Positions 39,973 through 49,722 of a stretch of DNA of 64,000 nucleotides are shown one piece after another. Position 1 is the stretch's first letter. Each line of letters starts with the position of its first letter. The notes beneath the pieces were generated by a model. That model did not search any database, had not been told where the DNA came from, and saw only the letters and a program-made list of their open reading frames with translations. The translations under genes were made by a program, and so were the position numbers. Where the stretch lies: contig JBGTES010000090.1 in assembly GCA_041747675.1 (NCBI GenBank), positions 19,582-83,581 of the forward strand, given 5' to 3'. Origin of the DNA: Flavobacteriales bacterium (GTDB lineage: Bacteria > Bacteroidota > Bacteroidia > Flavobacteriales_F > PHOS-HE28).

Positions 39973-42900
39973 ATGTCAGACAACGGCAAAACCTACCAGG
40001 ACAAACGCTTCGCGATCAGCTCGTGGGCCGTGGACAACCGTGCCACCGTGATGGTGCTGTCCATCCTTATCGCCCTGATCGGCTTCAACGCCTACAACAC
40101 CATGCCGCGGGAAGCCTTCCCCGAAGTGGTGACGCCCGAGATCTACGTGAGCACCATCTACCCGGGCAATGCACCGGACGACATGGAGAAGCTCATCACC
40201 CGCCCGCTGGAGAAGGAGATCAAGACCATCACCGGCATCGACGAGGTCCTCTCCACCAGCGTGCAGGGCTTCAGCACCATCCACGTGAAGTTCGACTTCA
40301 ACGTGACGCCCAGCGAGGCGTTGCGCAAGGTGAAGGACGCCGTGGACAAGGCCAAGGCCGACCCCGATTTCCCGACCGACCTGCCCGCCGAACCCAACGT
40401 CTTCGAGATGAACTTCTCGGAGATCATGCCCATCCTCAATATCAACCTCAGCGGCGACTACAGCATCGACCAACTGAACAAGTGGGCCGAGATGCTGGAG
40501 GACAAGATCGAGGACCTGCCGGAGGTGAGCAAGGTGGAGCTCCGCGGCGTGCCGAAGAAGGAGGTGCGCATCAGTCTCGACCTGCGCAAGATGGAAGCGC
40601 GTGAGATCTCCTTCGGTGATGTGGCCTCGGCGGTGCAGAGCGAGAACGTGAGCATCAGCGGCGGTGAGGTGCTGGTGGACGGCCTGCGTCGCACCGTGAG
40701 CGTGAACGGCGAGTTCACCGACATGGACCAGGTGCGCGGCATCATCGTGAAGCAGGAGAACCTGGACATCGTGCGCCTGGGCGAGATCGCCGACGTGGCC
40801 TTCACCTATGTGGAGCCCACAAGCTTCGCACGTGAATATGGACAGCCGGTGGTGATGGTGGATGTGATGAAGCGCAGTGGACGCAACCTGCTTGTGGCAG
40901 CGGACAGCATCAAGGCGCTCATCGGCCGCTTTGAACGCACCGTGTTCCCTGCCGATCTGCACGTGACGCTCACCGGCGACATGAGCGACCAGACACGGAC
41001 CCAGGTGGACGAACTGGAGAACAGCATCATCTTCGGGATCCTGCTCGTGGTGGGTGTGCTCATGTTCTTCCTCGGCCTGCGCAACGCCATCTTCGTGGGC
41101 ATCGCGATCCCCATGAGCATGCTGCTGAGCTTCATCGTGCTCAGCTCGATGGGCTACACATTGAACATGATGGTGCTCTTCAGCCTCGTGCTCGCATTGG
41201 GCATGCTGGTGGACAACGGCATCGTGGTGATCGAGAACACCCACCGCCTGATGAGCGAAGGGCAATCGCCCCTGCGTGCCGCCAAGAACGGCATCGGTGA
41301 AGTGGCCATGCCCATCATCGCCAGCACCGCCACCACCGTTGCGGTGTTCATTCCGCTCATCTTCTGGCCGGGCATCATGGGCGAGTTCATGAAGTACCTG
41401 CCCATCACGCTGATGGTGGTGCTCGGCTCGTCGCTCTTCGTGGGGCTCATCATCAACCCCATGCTGGCCTCGCGTTACATGCGGGTGGCGCAGGATGGCC
41501 CCACGCGCTTTCTCACCTTCGTTGTGGGCAGCTGGATGACCGGTATCGGATTACTCTTCAGCCTGATGGGCTTCATCGGCGAGGTCCGCTTCCTCTTCAC
41601 CCTGGGCAACCTGATGCTCGCCTTCGGCCTGTTCGGATTCCTCAACCACTATGTCCTCTACCCGGCGGCGGTCCGCTTCCAAACGGTGACGATGCCGCGC
41701 CTGGAGGAGAAGTACCGTAATTTCCTCGCATGGGCATTACAAGGTCTTACACCAATCTTCATGTTTCTTGCTACGATAGGTCTGCTTATCATGTCCGGCG
41801 TGCTGGTCTGGCTCTTTCCACCCAAGACGCTCTTCTTCCCGGTGAACGAACCGCTTTACGTCAATGTGTTCATCGAGAAACCGATCGGTACGGACATCAA
41901 CGAAACGGATGCCACCACCCGCTTGATCGAGGAGCGCGTGATCCAGGTGTTGAGCGATCCGCGTTACAACGAGCAGGTCACCGATACGCTCGCAGATGGC
42001 ACGGTGCAGCAGCACACGGTGAACTTCATGGTCAGTTCATTGATCGCGCAGGTGGGCGAAGGCACCAGCGATCCCATGGCCGGTCCCAGCTTCGATGCCA
42101 CACCGCACAAGGCGCGTGTGCAGGTCAGCTTCGTGAAGTCCTCGGAGCGTCGGGGTATCAATACGTTGGAAGTGATGGAAGCGATCCGCGATGCCGTGCG
42201 CGGTGTGCCCGGCGTTACCGTGGTGGTGGACAAGGATGCCGCTGGCCCGCCGGTGGGCAAACCGATCAACATCGAGATCAAGGGCGAGGATGTGAACGGA
42301 CTGATCGCCGAGGGTGAACGCCTGCGCCAGTTCCTGATCGGGCAGCATATCGCCGGGGTGGAGGAGTTGAAGCTGGACATCGAACTGGGCAAGCCCGAGA
42401 TGCCTGTGGACATCGATCGCAGCAAGGCGCGCCGCTACAATGTGAGCACCTATGCCATCGGCGATGCCATACGCACCGCGCTCTACGGCCGCGAGGTGAG
42501 CACCTACAAGGAAGGCGAGGACGACTACCCCGTGAACCTGCGGCTGATGGACCAGTACCGCTACGATCCGGAAGTGCTCACCAGCATGCGCATCACCTTC
42601 CGCGACCAGACCGATGGCAAGATCCGCCAGGTGCCCATCAGCGCCCTGGCCACCACCCGCTACACCAGCACCTACAGCGCCGTGAAACGCAAGAACCTGG
42701 ACCGCATGGTGCAGGTGCAGAGCAACGTGCTTGGCGACTTCAACCCCGCCGAGGTCGTGGGCAAGGTGCAGCACGCCATGCTCGATTATCAGAAGGATCC
42801 CGCATACACTTACGAGTTCACCGGAGAGATGAAGGAGCAGGAGAAGCAGATGGCCTTCCTCAGCACCGCGTTGATGATCGCCGTGTTCATGGTCTTCCTC

Positions 42901-43536
42901 ATCATCGTGGCGCAATTCAACAGCGCCGCCATACCGGGTATCATCGTCAGCTCGGTGGTCTTCAGCCTCATTGGTGTGTTCCTCGGTCTGGTGATCTTCC
43001 GCATGGAGTTCGTGATCATGATGACCATGGTGGGCATCATCTCCCTGGCGGGCATCGTGGTGAACAACAGCATCGTGCTCATCGACTTCATGATGTTGAT
43101 GCAGAAACGGAGGAAGTCCGAGCTGGGCCTGAGCGATGATCAACGCCTGCCGATGCCCGAGGTCCTGCATGCGATCGAAGAGGCCGGTGCCCGCCGCCTG
43201 CGCCCCGTGTTGCTTACCGCCATCACCACCGTGCTGGGTCTGATGCCGCTGGCGATCGGACTCAACATCAACTTCTTCACGCTCTTCACCCACCTCGATC
43301 CGCAGGTCTTCATCGGTGGCGACAATGTGGTGTTCTGGGGGCCCATGAGCTGGACGGTGATCTTCGGGCTCATCTTCGCCACCTTCCTCACCCTGGTGAT
43401 CGTGCCGGTGATGTTCCTGCTGCTCGTGAAGGTGCTTTACCGTTTCGTTCCCGTGGTGGATCTAAGGACCCCGCAACCCGTGTTGCACGGTGCAGATGGT
43501 CATGGGGCGGTGAAGTCTGTGGAGACGGGGGGGTGA
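39973..43536 (+). CDS. efflux RND transporter permease subunit (AcrB/CzcA superfamily)
   Basis: 1187 aa with twelve TM segments, two large periplasmic loops, and a family-typical N-terminus (...AISSWAVDNRATVMVLSILIALIGFNAYNTMPREAFPEV). C-terminal extension of about 100 aa. Confidence 0.85.
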   Translation: MSDNGKTYQDKRFAISSWAVDNRATVMVLSILIALIGFNAYNTMPREAFPEVVTPEIYVSTIYPGNAPDDMEKLITRPLEKEIKTITGIDEVLSTSVQGFSTIHVKFDFNVTPSEALRKVKDAVDKAKADPDFPTDLPAEPNVFEMNFSEIMPILNINLSGDYSIDQLNKWAEMLEDKIEDLPEVSKVELRGVPKKEVRISLDLRKMEAREISFGDVASAVQSENVSISGGEVLVDGLRRTVSVNGEFTDMDQVRGIIVKQENLDIVRLGEIADVAFTYVEPTSFAREYGQPVVMVDVMKRSGRNLLVAADSIKALIGRFERTVFPADLHVTLTGDMSDQTRTQVDELENSIIFGILLVVGVLMFFLGLRNAIFVGIAIPMSMLLSFIVLSSMGYTLNMMVLFSLVLALGMLVDNGIVVIENTHRLMSEGQSPLRAAKNGIGEVAMPIIASTATTVAVFIPLIFWPGIMGEFMKYLPITLMVVLGSSLFVGLIINPMLASRYMRVAQDGPTRFLTFVVGSWMTGIGLLFSLMGFIGEVRFLFTLGNLMLAFGLFGFLNHYVLYPAAVRFQTVTMPRLEEKYRNFLAWALQGLTPIFMFLATIGLLIMSGVLVWLFPPKTLFFPVNEPLYVNVFIEKPIGTDINETDATTRLIEERVIQVLSDPRYNEQVTDTLADGTVQQHTVNFMVSSLIAQVGEGTSDPMAGPSFDATPHKARVQVSFVKSSERRGINTLEVMEAIRDAVRGVPGVTVVVDKDAAGPPVGKPINIEIKGEDVNGLIAEGERLRQFLIGQHIAGVEELKLDIELGKPEMPVDIDRSKARRYNVSTYAIGDAIRTALYGREVSTYKEGEDDYPVNLRLMDQYRYDPEVLTSMRITFRDQTDGKIRQVPISALATTRYTSTYSAVKRKNLDRMVQVQSNVLGDFNPAEVVGKVQHAMLDYQKDPAYTYEFTGEMKEQEKQMAFLSTALMIAVFMVFLIIVAQFNSAAIPGIIVSSVVFSLIGVFLGLVIFRMEFVIMMTMVGIISLAGIVVNNSIVLIDFMMLMQKRRKSELGLSDDQRLPMPEVLHAIEEAGARRLRPVLLTAITTVLGLMPLAIGLNINFFTLFTHLDPQVFIGGDNVVFWGPMSWTVIFGLIFATFLTLVIVPVMFLLLVKVLYRFVPVVDLRTPQPVLHGADGHGAVKSVETGG

Positions 43537-43995
43537 TCACCCCTTCACCGTGAACCTGCACGTCAGCCCCACGCAAAAACCCCTCGGCAGATCCGCCACC
43601 CCGAAGATGCTACGGCTGTGTCGGCCCTTATCGCCGAGCACCTTCACGAAGAGGTCCGAGGCACCGTCCACCACCAGGGGGGCATCGTCCCAGCCAGGTG
43701 CTGCGCGGTAGATGGCGTCAATGTGATCGAGCCCTTCCACACGGTCGAAGCCGACCTTCGCATTGATCTGTGCCAGCACGTTGAGGGCGCAGAGTTCCAT
43801 GGCGGCGCGGCCGTCGGCGGTGATGAGCGATTCGCCCAGCACACCTTGGTAGAGGAACGCGCCATCGCGGATGGGGAACTGGATGGCCACGAAGGCGGTG
43901 TGCCCGCGCACGTTCACGGAGACGTAGTTGCCGCCGGGCGTGCTGGCTACAGGTAGGCTGAGGCCGAGGGTTTGTAGATCGGCGATGAGATCCAT
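43537..43995 (-). CDS. RidA/YjgF-family protein (tentative)
   Basis: 152 aa. C-terminus RSIFGVADLPRG...V resembles RidA's R-x-x-x-GV-x-x-LP. Confidence 0.55.
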   Translation of the reverse strand: MDLIADLQTLGLSLPVASTPGGNYVSVNVRGHTAFVAIQFPIRDGAFLYQGVLGESLITADGRAAMELCALNVLAQINAKVGFDRVEGLDHIDAIYRAAPGWDDAPLVVDGASDLFVKVLGDKGRHSRSIFGVADLPRGFCVGLTCRFTVKG

Positions 43996-44102
43996 TCGGC
44001 GAAGCTACCGGTGGGCCATGTTCCGCCTCCGATCATTTCCATGGATGATGCGTTCGGCTACCATCTCCGGCTCTATCTGTAGATGGCCGCCGCGCATCCG
44101 CC

Positions 44103-45158
44103 ATGCGCGGTTTGGATGAAGGGATCCTGAACCCTTCTACCTTTCGACCCATGCACGCCGGACATAAATTCACAGTGAGGCAGGTCCTGATGTGGACCCG
44201 CCGCGAGATCTTCGTTTTCCTTGTGATCGGTGCAGTACCCACGCTGGCGTATAAGCTTCTGGGTTGGGAACAGATGGTGCTGCCCTGGCTGCCCATAGCC
44301 CTGGTGGGCACGGCCGTGGCTTTTCTGGTGGGCTTCAAGAACAACGCCACCTACGACCGCCTGTGGGAGGCGCGCAAGATCTGGGGCGCAATTGTGAATG
44401 TGAGCCGCACCTGGGGCATCATGGCGCGTGACCTGCCCATGTGTTCCAAGGCCGATGAAGCCGCTGTGCGTGCTGTGCAACGCCGCCTGGTGCTGCGCCA
44501 TGTGGCCTGGCTTACCGCGCTGCGCTACCAACTTCGAACCCCGCGCTACTGGGAGAACATGACCAAGCCGCACAACCGTGAGTTCCAACGCAACTTCACG
44601 GTGCCCGAGCATGCCGGTGATCTCAGCGAACGCCTGACGCCTTTGCTCGGTATAGAGGAACGCGATGCGGTGCTCGCCGCCGCCAATCCCGCCACGCAAC
44701 TGCTCGCGGCCCAATCCACGGACATCCGGACCTTGCATGTGAATGGCATGCTCAGCGACTACCGCCATGTGGAACTCGCGCGTCTGCTTGGATCATTGTA
44801 CGACGAGCAAGGCAAGTGCGAGCGGATCAAGAACTTCCCCTATCCACGCCAGTTCGCCACGGTGAACCTCTACTTCGTGTGGCTCTTCATCGCCCTGCTG
44901 CCCTTCGGCATGCTGCGCGAGTTCGCTACCCTGGGCGAACACCTTGTGTGGTTGACCATACCCTTCACCGCGCTGGTGGCCTGGGTGTTCCACACCATGG
45001 AGAAGATCGGCGAGGCCACGGAGAATCCTTTCGAGGGCAATGCCAACGACATCCCCATGGCCGCGCTGAGCCGCACCATTGAGATCGATCTGTTGCAGAT
45101 GATCGGTGAGCCGCAGGTGCCCGAGCCGCTGCATCCGGTGAACGATATCCTGATGTGA
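44103..45158 (+). CDS. bestrophin/UPF0187 (YneE-like) family membrane protein
   Basis: ...LVGTAVAFLVGFKNNATYDRLWEARKIWGAIVNVSRTW... matches the bacterial bestrophin pattern. An alternative start is the ATG at 44151. Confidence 0.55.
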   Translation: MRGLDEGILNPSTFRPMHAGHKFTVRQVLMWTRREIFVFLVIGAVPTLAYKLLGWEQMVLPWLPIALVGTAVAFLVGFKNNATYDRLWEARKIWGAIVNVSRTWGIMARDLPMCSKADEAAVRAVQRRLVLRHVAWLTALRYQLRTPRYWENMTKPHNREFQRNFTVPEHAGDLSERLTPLLGIEERDAVLAAANPATQLLAAQSTDIRTLHVNGMLSDYRHVELARLLGSLYDEQGKCERIKNFPYPRQFATVNLYFVWLFIALLPFGMLREFATLGEHLVWLTIPFTALVAWVFHTMEKIGEATENPFEGNANDIPMAALSRTIEIDLLQMIGEPQVPEPLHPVNDILM

Positions 45159-45204
45159 GGGATCAGCCATGCACGGACGCCGGTCCGTGAGTGGATGACA
45201 CACG

Positions 45205-45630
45205 TCAACCCCTCGCGGCGGCTCCCTGCTTCACCGCGATACACAACGTGGTATGTGGCACCACGCGCAGGCGCTCCTTCGCGATGCGTTCACCGCTCAC
45301 CCGGCAGATCCCATAGGTGCCCGCGCGAATGCGTCCCAGAGCAAGGTTGAGTTCGTTGATGAACTTCCGCTGCCGGAAGACCAGCAGCATCAATTCCTCG
45401 CGGTCCAGCGCGACATTTCCTTCGTCGAACCCCTTGTTCCCCACATAGGTATCCTCCGTTCCATTGGATCCCGCGCGGGACAAGGATCCGAGCGCCATTT
45501 TGAGATCCTCCTCCGCAGCAGCGATCTTGCTACGAATGATCGATCCGAACTCCGCGAGCTCTTCGGCGGAGTAACGCGGTACGGCGGTGTAGTCCTGTGC
45601 CGGCGTGGAGTTGGGGGTAATGTGTCGCAT
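45205..45630 (-). CDS. TraR/DksA-family protein (degenerate zinc finger)
   Basis: C-terminus LNLALGRIRAGTYGICRVSGERIAKERLRVVPHTTLCIA has only two of the four Cys. The track ORF extends to 45687. Confidence 0.55.
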   Translation of the reverse strand: MRHITPNSTPAQDYTAVPRYSAEELAEFGSIIRSKIAAAEEDLKMALGSLSRAGSNGTEDTYVGNKGFDEGNVALDREELMLLVFRQRKFINELNLALGRIRAGTYGICRVSGERIAKERLRVVPHTTLCIAVKQGAAARG

Positions 45631-45947
45631 TGCTGGGTCGTTTTTGTTTGGCTGCATAGAGCGCATCGCATGCCAAAGCGTTTCCATGGTACTTCAGCCC
45701 TGCAGGGTGTGTATCGAACGCCCCGACCTTTGGCGACAGGGGCATGTGGATGCACATTGGATCTCCTGCAGGCAGCATAGGCGCTGCGTTCCCATGCATG
45801 CGCGTTCATCCCCGCTATGGACAGGCTCCCGCTTGCCCGGGCAGGGATCTCCTGCGGCCTGCATTCCATCTGCGATTGTGGTCGCATGTAGGTCCATCCA
45901 TGGTGGGGCCAGCGATCGTTCCCGCCCGGTAACTTCGCCCGGCCTGC

Positions 45948-47402
45948 ATGAAACGCCTCCTCTTCCAACTCGCCGGTCCGCTGCTGGCCTTGCTGGTCTT
46001 CGCACTCATGCGGCACCACGGCGACCAAGCCGCGATCATGGCGGGACTCGTGGCATGGATGGCGACGTGGTGGATCACCGAGGCGGTGCCGATCCCGGTC
46101 ACCTCCATCCTGCCCTTGCTGTTGTACCCGCTCTTCGGCATCGACGGCGTTCCGGCCACGGCAGCGCACTACGGCAAGGAGATCATCTTCCTCTTCCTCG
46201 GCGGCTTCATCATCGCGCTGGGGATCGAGCGCAGCGGATTGCACAGGCGCATCGCGCTGCACATCGTCTCACGGCTTGGAGGATCGCCATCGCGTTTGGT
46301 GCTGGGCATGATGGTGGCCTGTGCCATCCTCAGCATGTGGATCAACAGCACCGCCACCACATTGGTGATGCTGCCCATCGCGCTGAGCTTGATCGACGAC
46401 GAGGACGCACCCATCGCTGTGCGCCAACGTTTGACCGTGCCCCTGCTGCTGGGCGTGGCCTACGGCGCCACCATCGGCGGCATGGCCACGCCTGTGGGCA
46501 CTCCGCCCAACCTGGTCTTCCTGGAACTGTGGCGCCAGCTCTATCCGGAGAAGGAGAGCATCGGTTTCGGGCAGTGGATGAGTGTAGGCCTGCCCTTCGC
46601 GGCGATCTTCCTCGTGCTCGGCTGGTTGCTCATCACGCGGGTAGTGTTCAAGTTGGGTACGGAGATGCTGGGCGAAGCGCATACGGTCAAGCAAAGGCTG
46701 CAGGCCCTGGGACGTGCCACCGTGGACGAGAAGCGAGCCGGGATCGTGTTCGCCTCGGTGGCCCTGCTGTGGATGACCGGCGATGACCTCCGGCTGGGCG
46801 AGACCTTCCGCCTGCCTGGATGGCGCGGCCTCACCGGCTTTCTGGCCGTGAGCGATGCGGCGGTAGCGGTGGCTGGAGCCGTGTCGCTGTTCCTTATCCG
46901 GTCCGTAACCGTACGCGCCGGGGCATCTGTGGGACAAGGAGGTGCGCTCATGGACTGGACCTTCGCCGAGCAGCGCGTGCCTTGGGGCATCCTGCTGCTC
47001 ATCGGCGGTGGTTTCGCACTGGCGGCCGGTGTGGACAAGGCGGGCCTGAGCAACATCATCGGTGAGAGCATGGTGGGCCTGGGCACATTACCCCTGCCGA
47101 TCTTGATCGGTGTGGTCGCATTGATCGTTTGCCTCCTGAGCGAATTGGGCAGCAACACCGCCACCGCCAGTTTGGTGATCCCCATCCTGGCCGCCATGGC
47201 ACAGCGCTGGGGCATGGATCCACAAAGCATCCTCTGGCCCGCTACGCTCGCGGCCAGCCTCGGCTTCATGTTGCCGGTGGCCAGCCCTATGCAAACGATC
47301 GTCTTCGGCACGGGCCGCATCCCCATGCAGCAGATGGTGAAGGCAGGGGTGTGGATGGATCTGATCGGAGTGCTTTTGCTGATGCTGTTCTTCGGATGGT
47401 GA
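45948..47402 (+). CDS. DASS/SLC13-family anion (sulfate/di-tricarboxylate) transporter
   Basis: 484 aa, about 13 TM segments, with duplicated hairpin motifs (GTPPNLVF; SNTATASLVIPI). Confidence 0.7.
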   Translation: MKRLLFQLAGPLLALLVFALMRHHGDQAAIMAGLVAWMATWWITEAVPIPVTSILPLLLYPLFGIDGVPATAAHYGKEIIFLFLGGFIIALGIERSGLHRRIALHIVSRLGGSPSRLVLGMMVACAILSMWINSTATTLVMLPIALSLIDDEDAPIAVRQRLTVPLLLGVAYGATIGGMATPVGTPPNLVFLELWRQLYPEKESIGFGQWMSVGLPFAAIFLVLGWLLITRVVFKLGTEMLGEAHTVKQRLQALGRATVDEKRAGIVFASVALLWMTGDDLRLGETFRLPGWRGLTGFLAVSDAAVAVAGAVSLFLIRSVTVRAGASVGQGGALMDWTFAEQRVPWGILLLIGGGFALAAGVDKAGLSNIIGESMVGLGTLPLPILIGVVALIVCLLSELGSNTATASLVIPILAAMAQRWGMDPQSILWPATLAASLGFMLPVASPMQTIVFGTGRIPMQQMVKAGVWMDLIGVLLLMLFFGW

Positions 47403-47423
47403 ACCCATAGCGTGCATTGGACC

Positions 47424-48626
47424 ATGAGCACCCCCACCACCCAACGCACCCACCTGCTTGACGCCCTGCGCGGCTTCGCACTATTCGGGGTGGTGTGGAG
47501 CAACTACGCTTTCCTCTCGATCTGGATGTTCCTGTCATCGGAGGAGCGCCAAGCCTTGCCCGGGGCTGCGCTGGACGCTGTGTTGGGGCCGTTCCATGAC
47601 ATCCTCATCGACGGCAAGTTCTACTCGATCTTCTCGCTGCTATTCGGCATCGGCTTCGGCTTCTTCCTGGACAAGGGGGGGTCCGGACAGACGCGTTTCC
47701 TGCGCCGCATGTTCTTGCTCTTATTGATCGGTGTATCGCACCTGCGCTTCCTCTGGGCAGGCGACATCCTCTCGCTTTACGCGATCCTGGGTCTGCTGCT
47801 TCCGCTGTTCCGCAATGTCGGCGATCGCGCGTTGCTGATCATCGCGACCGTCCTGCTCCTGTCGCCCATCGCTGTGGATGCCGCACGGGTGCTGACCGAT
47901 GACAACTTCTATCCGGCCGGTCCTGTTGCTGTGGCGCTTGACGCTGATACAGCGGAGAATGGCAGCAGATGGGAAGCATTGCGTGCGTTGGGAGATGGCG
48001 GATGGAAGGAGTTCACGGTGGCCTGTCAACGTACCTGGCTCTTCCGCATTTGGATCATCGTGGACAGCAACCGGCCGCAAAAGGTTCTTGCGCTCTTCCT
48101 CATTGGCTTGTGGATCGCGCGGCGCAAGCTCTTCGCCGATACCGCCAAGCACCGCTCATTGCTGAGGCGCGTCTGTATCGCAGGTATGGCCTTGGGCATT
48201 CCATTCTGCGTGCTCAACTGGTACAGCATCAATTACCTGCCGCAACTTCCCGAGGCACAAGGCATGGTGAACACGATATCGTACGCGCTCGGTGTGGTGC
48301 CCCTCGCACTCGCCTATGCGTCGGGTTTCGCGTTGCTGTGGTTCGATCCGCGCTGGCAGAAACGCTTCCAGCTGCTCGCGCCCATGGGCCGCATGGCGCT
48401 TACCAACTACCTCCTACAGACCGTTATCGGCATCCTCGTGTTCTATGGTATCGGCCTGGGTCTGGGTGGACGCGTGAGCATGGTGGGCTACGAGAGCATC
48501 GCGCTTGCCGTCTTCATCGTGCAGATCATCTGGAGCCACTGGTGGTTGGATCGCTTCCACTATGGCCCATTTGAGTGGGTGTGGCGATCGCTCACATACG
48601 GGAAGGTGATGCCCATGCGCAAGTGA
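47424..48626 (+). CDS. DUF418 (YeiB-like) membrane protein
   Basis: N-terminus LLDALRGFALFGVV and C-terminal signature FHYGPFEWVWRSLTYGK. The track ORF begins at a GTG at 47412. Confidence 0.75.
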   Translation: MSTPTTQRTHLLDALRGFALFGVVWSNYAFLSIWMFLSSEERQALPGAALDAVLGPFHDILIDGKFYSIFSLLFGIGFGFFLDKGGSGQTRFLRRMFLLLLIGVSHLRFLWAGDILSLYAILGLLLPLFRNVGDRALLIIATVLLLSPIAVDAARVLTDDNFYPAGPVAVALDADTAENGSRWEALRALGDGGWKEFTVACQRTWLFRIWIIVDSNRPQKVLALFLIGLWIARRKLFADTAKHRSLLRRVCIAGMALGIPFCVLNWYSINYLPQLPEAQGMVNTISYALGVVPLALAYASGFALLWFDPRWQKRFQLLAPMGRMALTNYLLQTVIGILVFYGIGLGLGGRVSMVGYESIALAVFIVQIIWSHWWLDRFHYGPFEWVWRSLTYGKVMPMRK

Positions 48627-48629
48627 TCC

Positions 48630-49190
48630 CTATGGCGGTAAAGGCCCCTGCCAGGGAGCACATGGCACACGTTCCCAGCTGCACTTCAGGTGGGTGTTGT
48701 GCGCCACCTGCGTGCTGTCTCCTTTGGTGATGGTGAAGGCGCTGTACGAAGCGTGCAACCACTTGTCCAGGCAATCCTTGTCGATCGCACCACGGTATCG
48801 CACGGGTTCAGCGTGGTCCTTCAGCAGTTGTTGGTAGCGGCGGTCGTCCACGCGATCGCGATCCACCAGGATGTAGCTGCCCGGAGGCAGGCGCAGGAAA
48901 CCCTGACCATTATCCATGGTGCGGATACTGTCCACCACGGGTCGTGTTGGGTCGTTCTTCGCCTGTCCACGTGCATCCACCGGGCCTGCTTCGCGCACGT
49001 ACAGCACGGTGCTCCAAGGCTGGGGTGCGATGTGATCCTCCGGACGTGGCGGTACGCCCTTACAGTAGGCTTCGGTGTGGGTGGCTTCCAGATGAAGGAC
49101 TCCGATGGACCGTTTATCGGGACCATTGACCTTTTTCGTCACGCATGAAGCGGTCAAGAGCATGATCATAACGCCGATCCCGGTTCCCAT
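48630..49190 (-). CDS. hypothetical lipoprotein
   Basis: MGTGIGVMIMLLTASCVTKK is a lipobox. No recognisable domain. The track ORF has an odd MAQMTQMTQM extension arising from a short tandem repeat. Confidence 0.4.
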   Translation of the reverse strand: MGTGIGVMIMLLTASCVTKKVNGPDKRSIGVLHLEATHTEAYCKGVPPRPEDHIAPQPWSTVLYVREAGPVDARGQAKNDPTRPVVDSIRTMDNGQGFLRLPPGSYILVDRDRVDDRRYQQLLKDHAEPVRYRGAIDKDCLDKWLHASYSAFTITKGDSTQVAHNTHLKCSWERVPCAPWQGPLPP

Positions 49191-49233
49191 TTGTGTCATC
49201 TGTGTCATCTGCGCCATCTGCGGATATTCACAC

Positions 49234-49644
49234 TTACACAGTCGCCACCACCTTCAGCTCTATCGCTATGGGCGTGGGCAGGCAGTTGATCTCCAGCGTG
49301 GTCCTGCATGGTGGGTCTTTCTGGAAATACTCCCTCCACAGCCGGTTGTACGTGGGGAAGTCGTCTTTCATGTTGGTGAGGTACACCGTCACATCCACGA
49401 TCTTCTCCCAGCTGGTGCCGCTGTCCTCCAGTATCCACTTTACGTTTTGGAACACGCTGCGCACCTGCGTTTCGATGTCGTAGGAAACGATCCTGCCCTG
49501 CTCATCGAGTTCCACGCCCGGGATCTTCTTCGTGCCGCGTTCGCGTGGGCCCACACCGCTGAGGAACAACAGGTCGCCCACACGGCGTGCATGGGGGTAG
49601 TGGCCCACGGGTTCGGGGGCTTTGCTGGAGGAGATGCCGCTCAT
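49234..49644 (-). CDS. RidA/YjgF/TdcF-family reactive-intermediate deaminase
   Basis: 136 aa. MSGISSSKAPEPVGHYPHARRVGDLLFLSGVGP...PCRTTLEINCLP is classic RidA. The track ORF extends far upstream in the same frame. Confidence 0.75.
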   Translation of the reverse strand: MSGISSSKAPEPVGHYPHARRVGDLLFLSGVGPRERGTKKIPGVELDEQGRIVSYDIETQVRSVFQNVKWILEDSGTSWEKIVDVTVYLTNMKDDFPTYNRLWREYFQKDPPCRTTLEINCLPTPIAIELKVVATV

Positions 49645-49722
49645 GTCCGCGAAGATCGGTATCACTACCTTCGATCGAACCATTGGGACCCGGACATGTC
49701 CAAAGGCCCAAAGCGACCCTGC

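Noticed and set aside
49105-49722. 5' extension (about 200 aa) of the T9SS gene ORF overlapping the RidA gene on the opposite strand.
   Set aside because: The extension contains a CVICVICAICG repeat artefact and is antisense to a convincing RidA gene. The signal peptide begins at 49696 or 49723.
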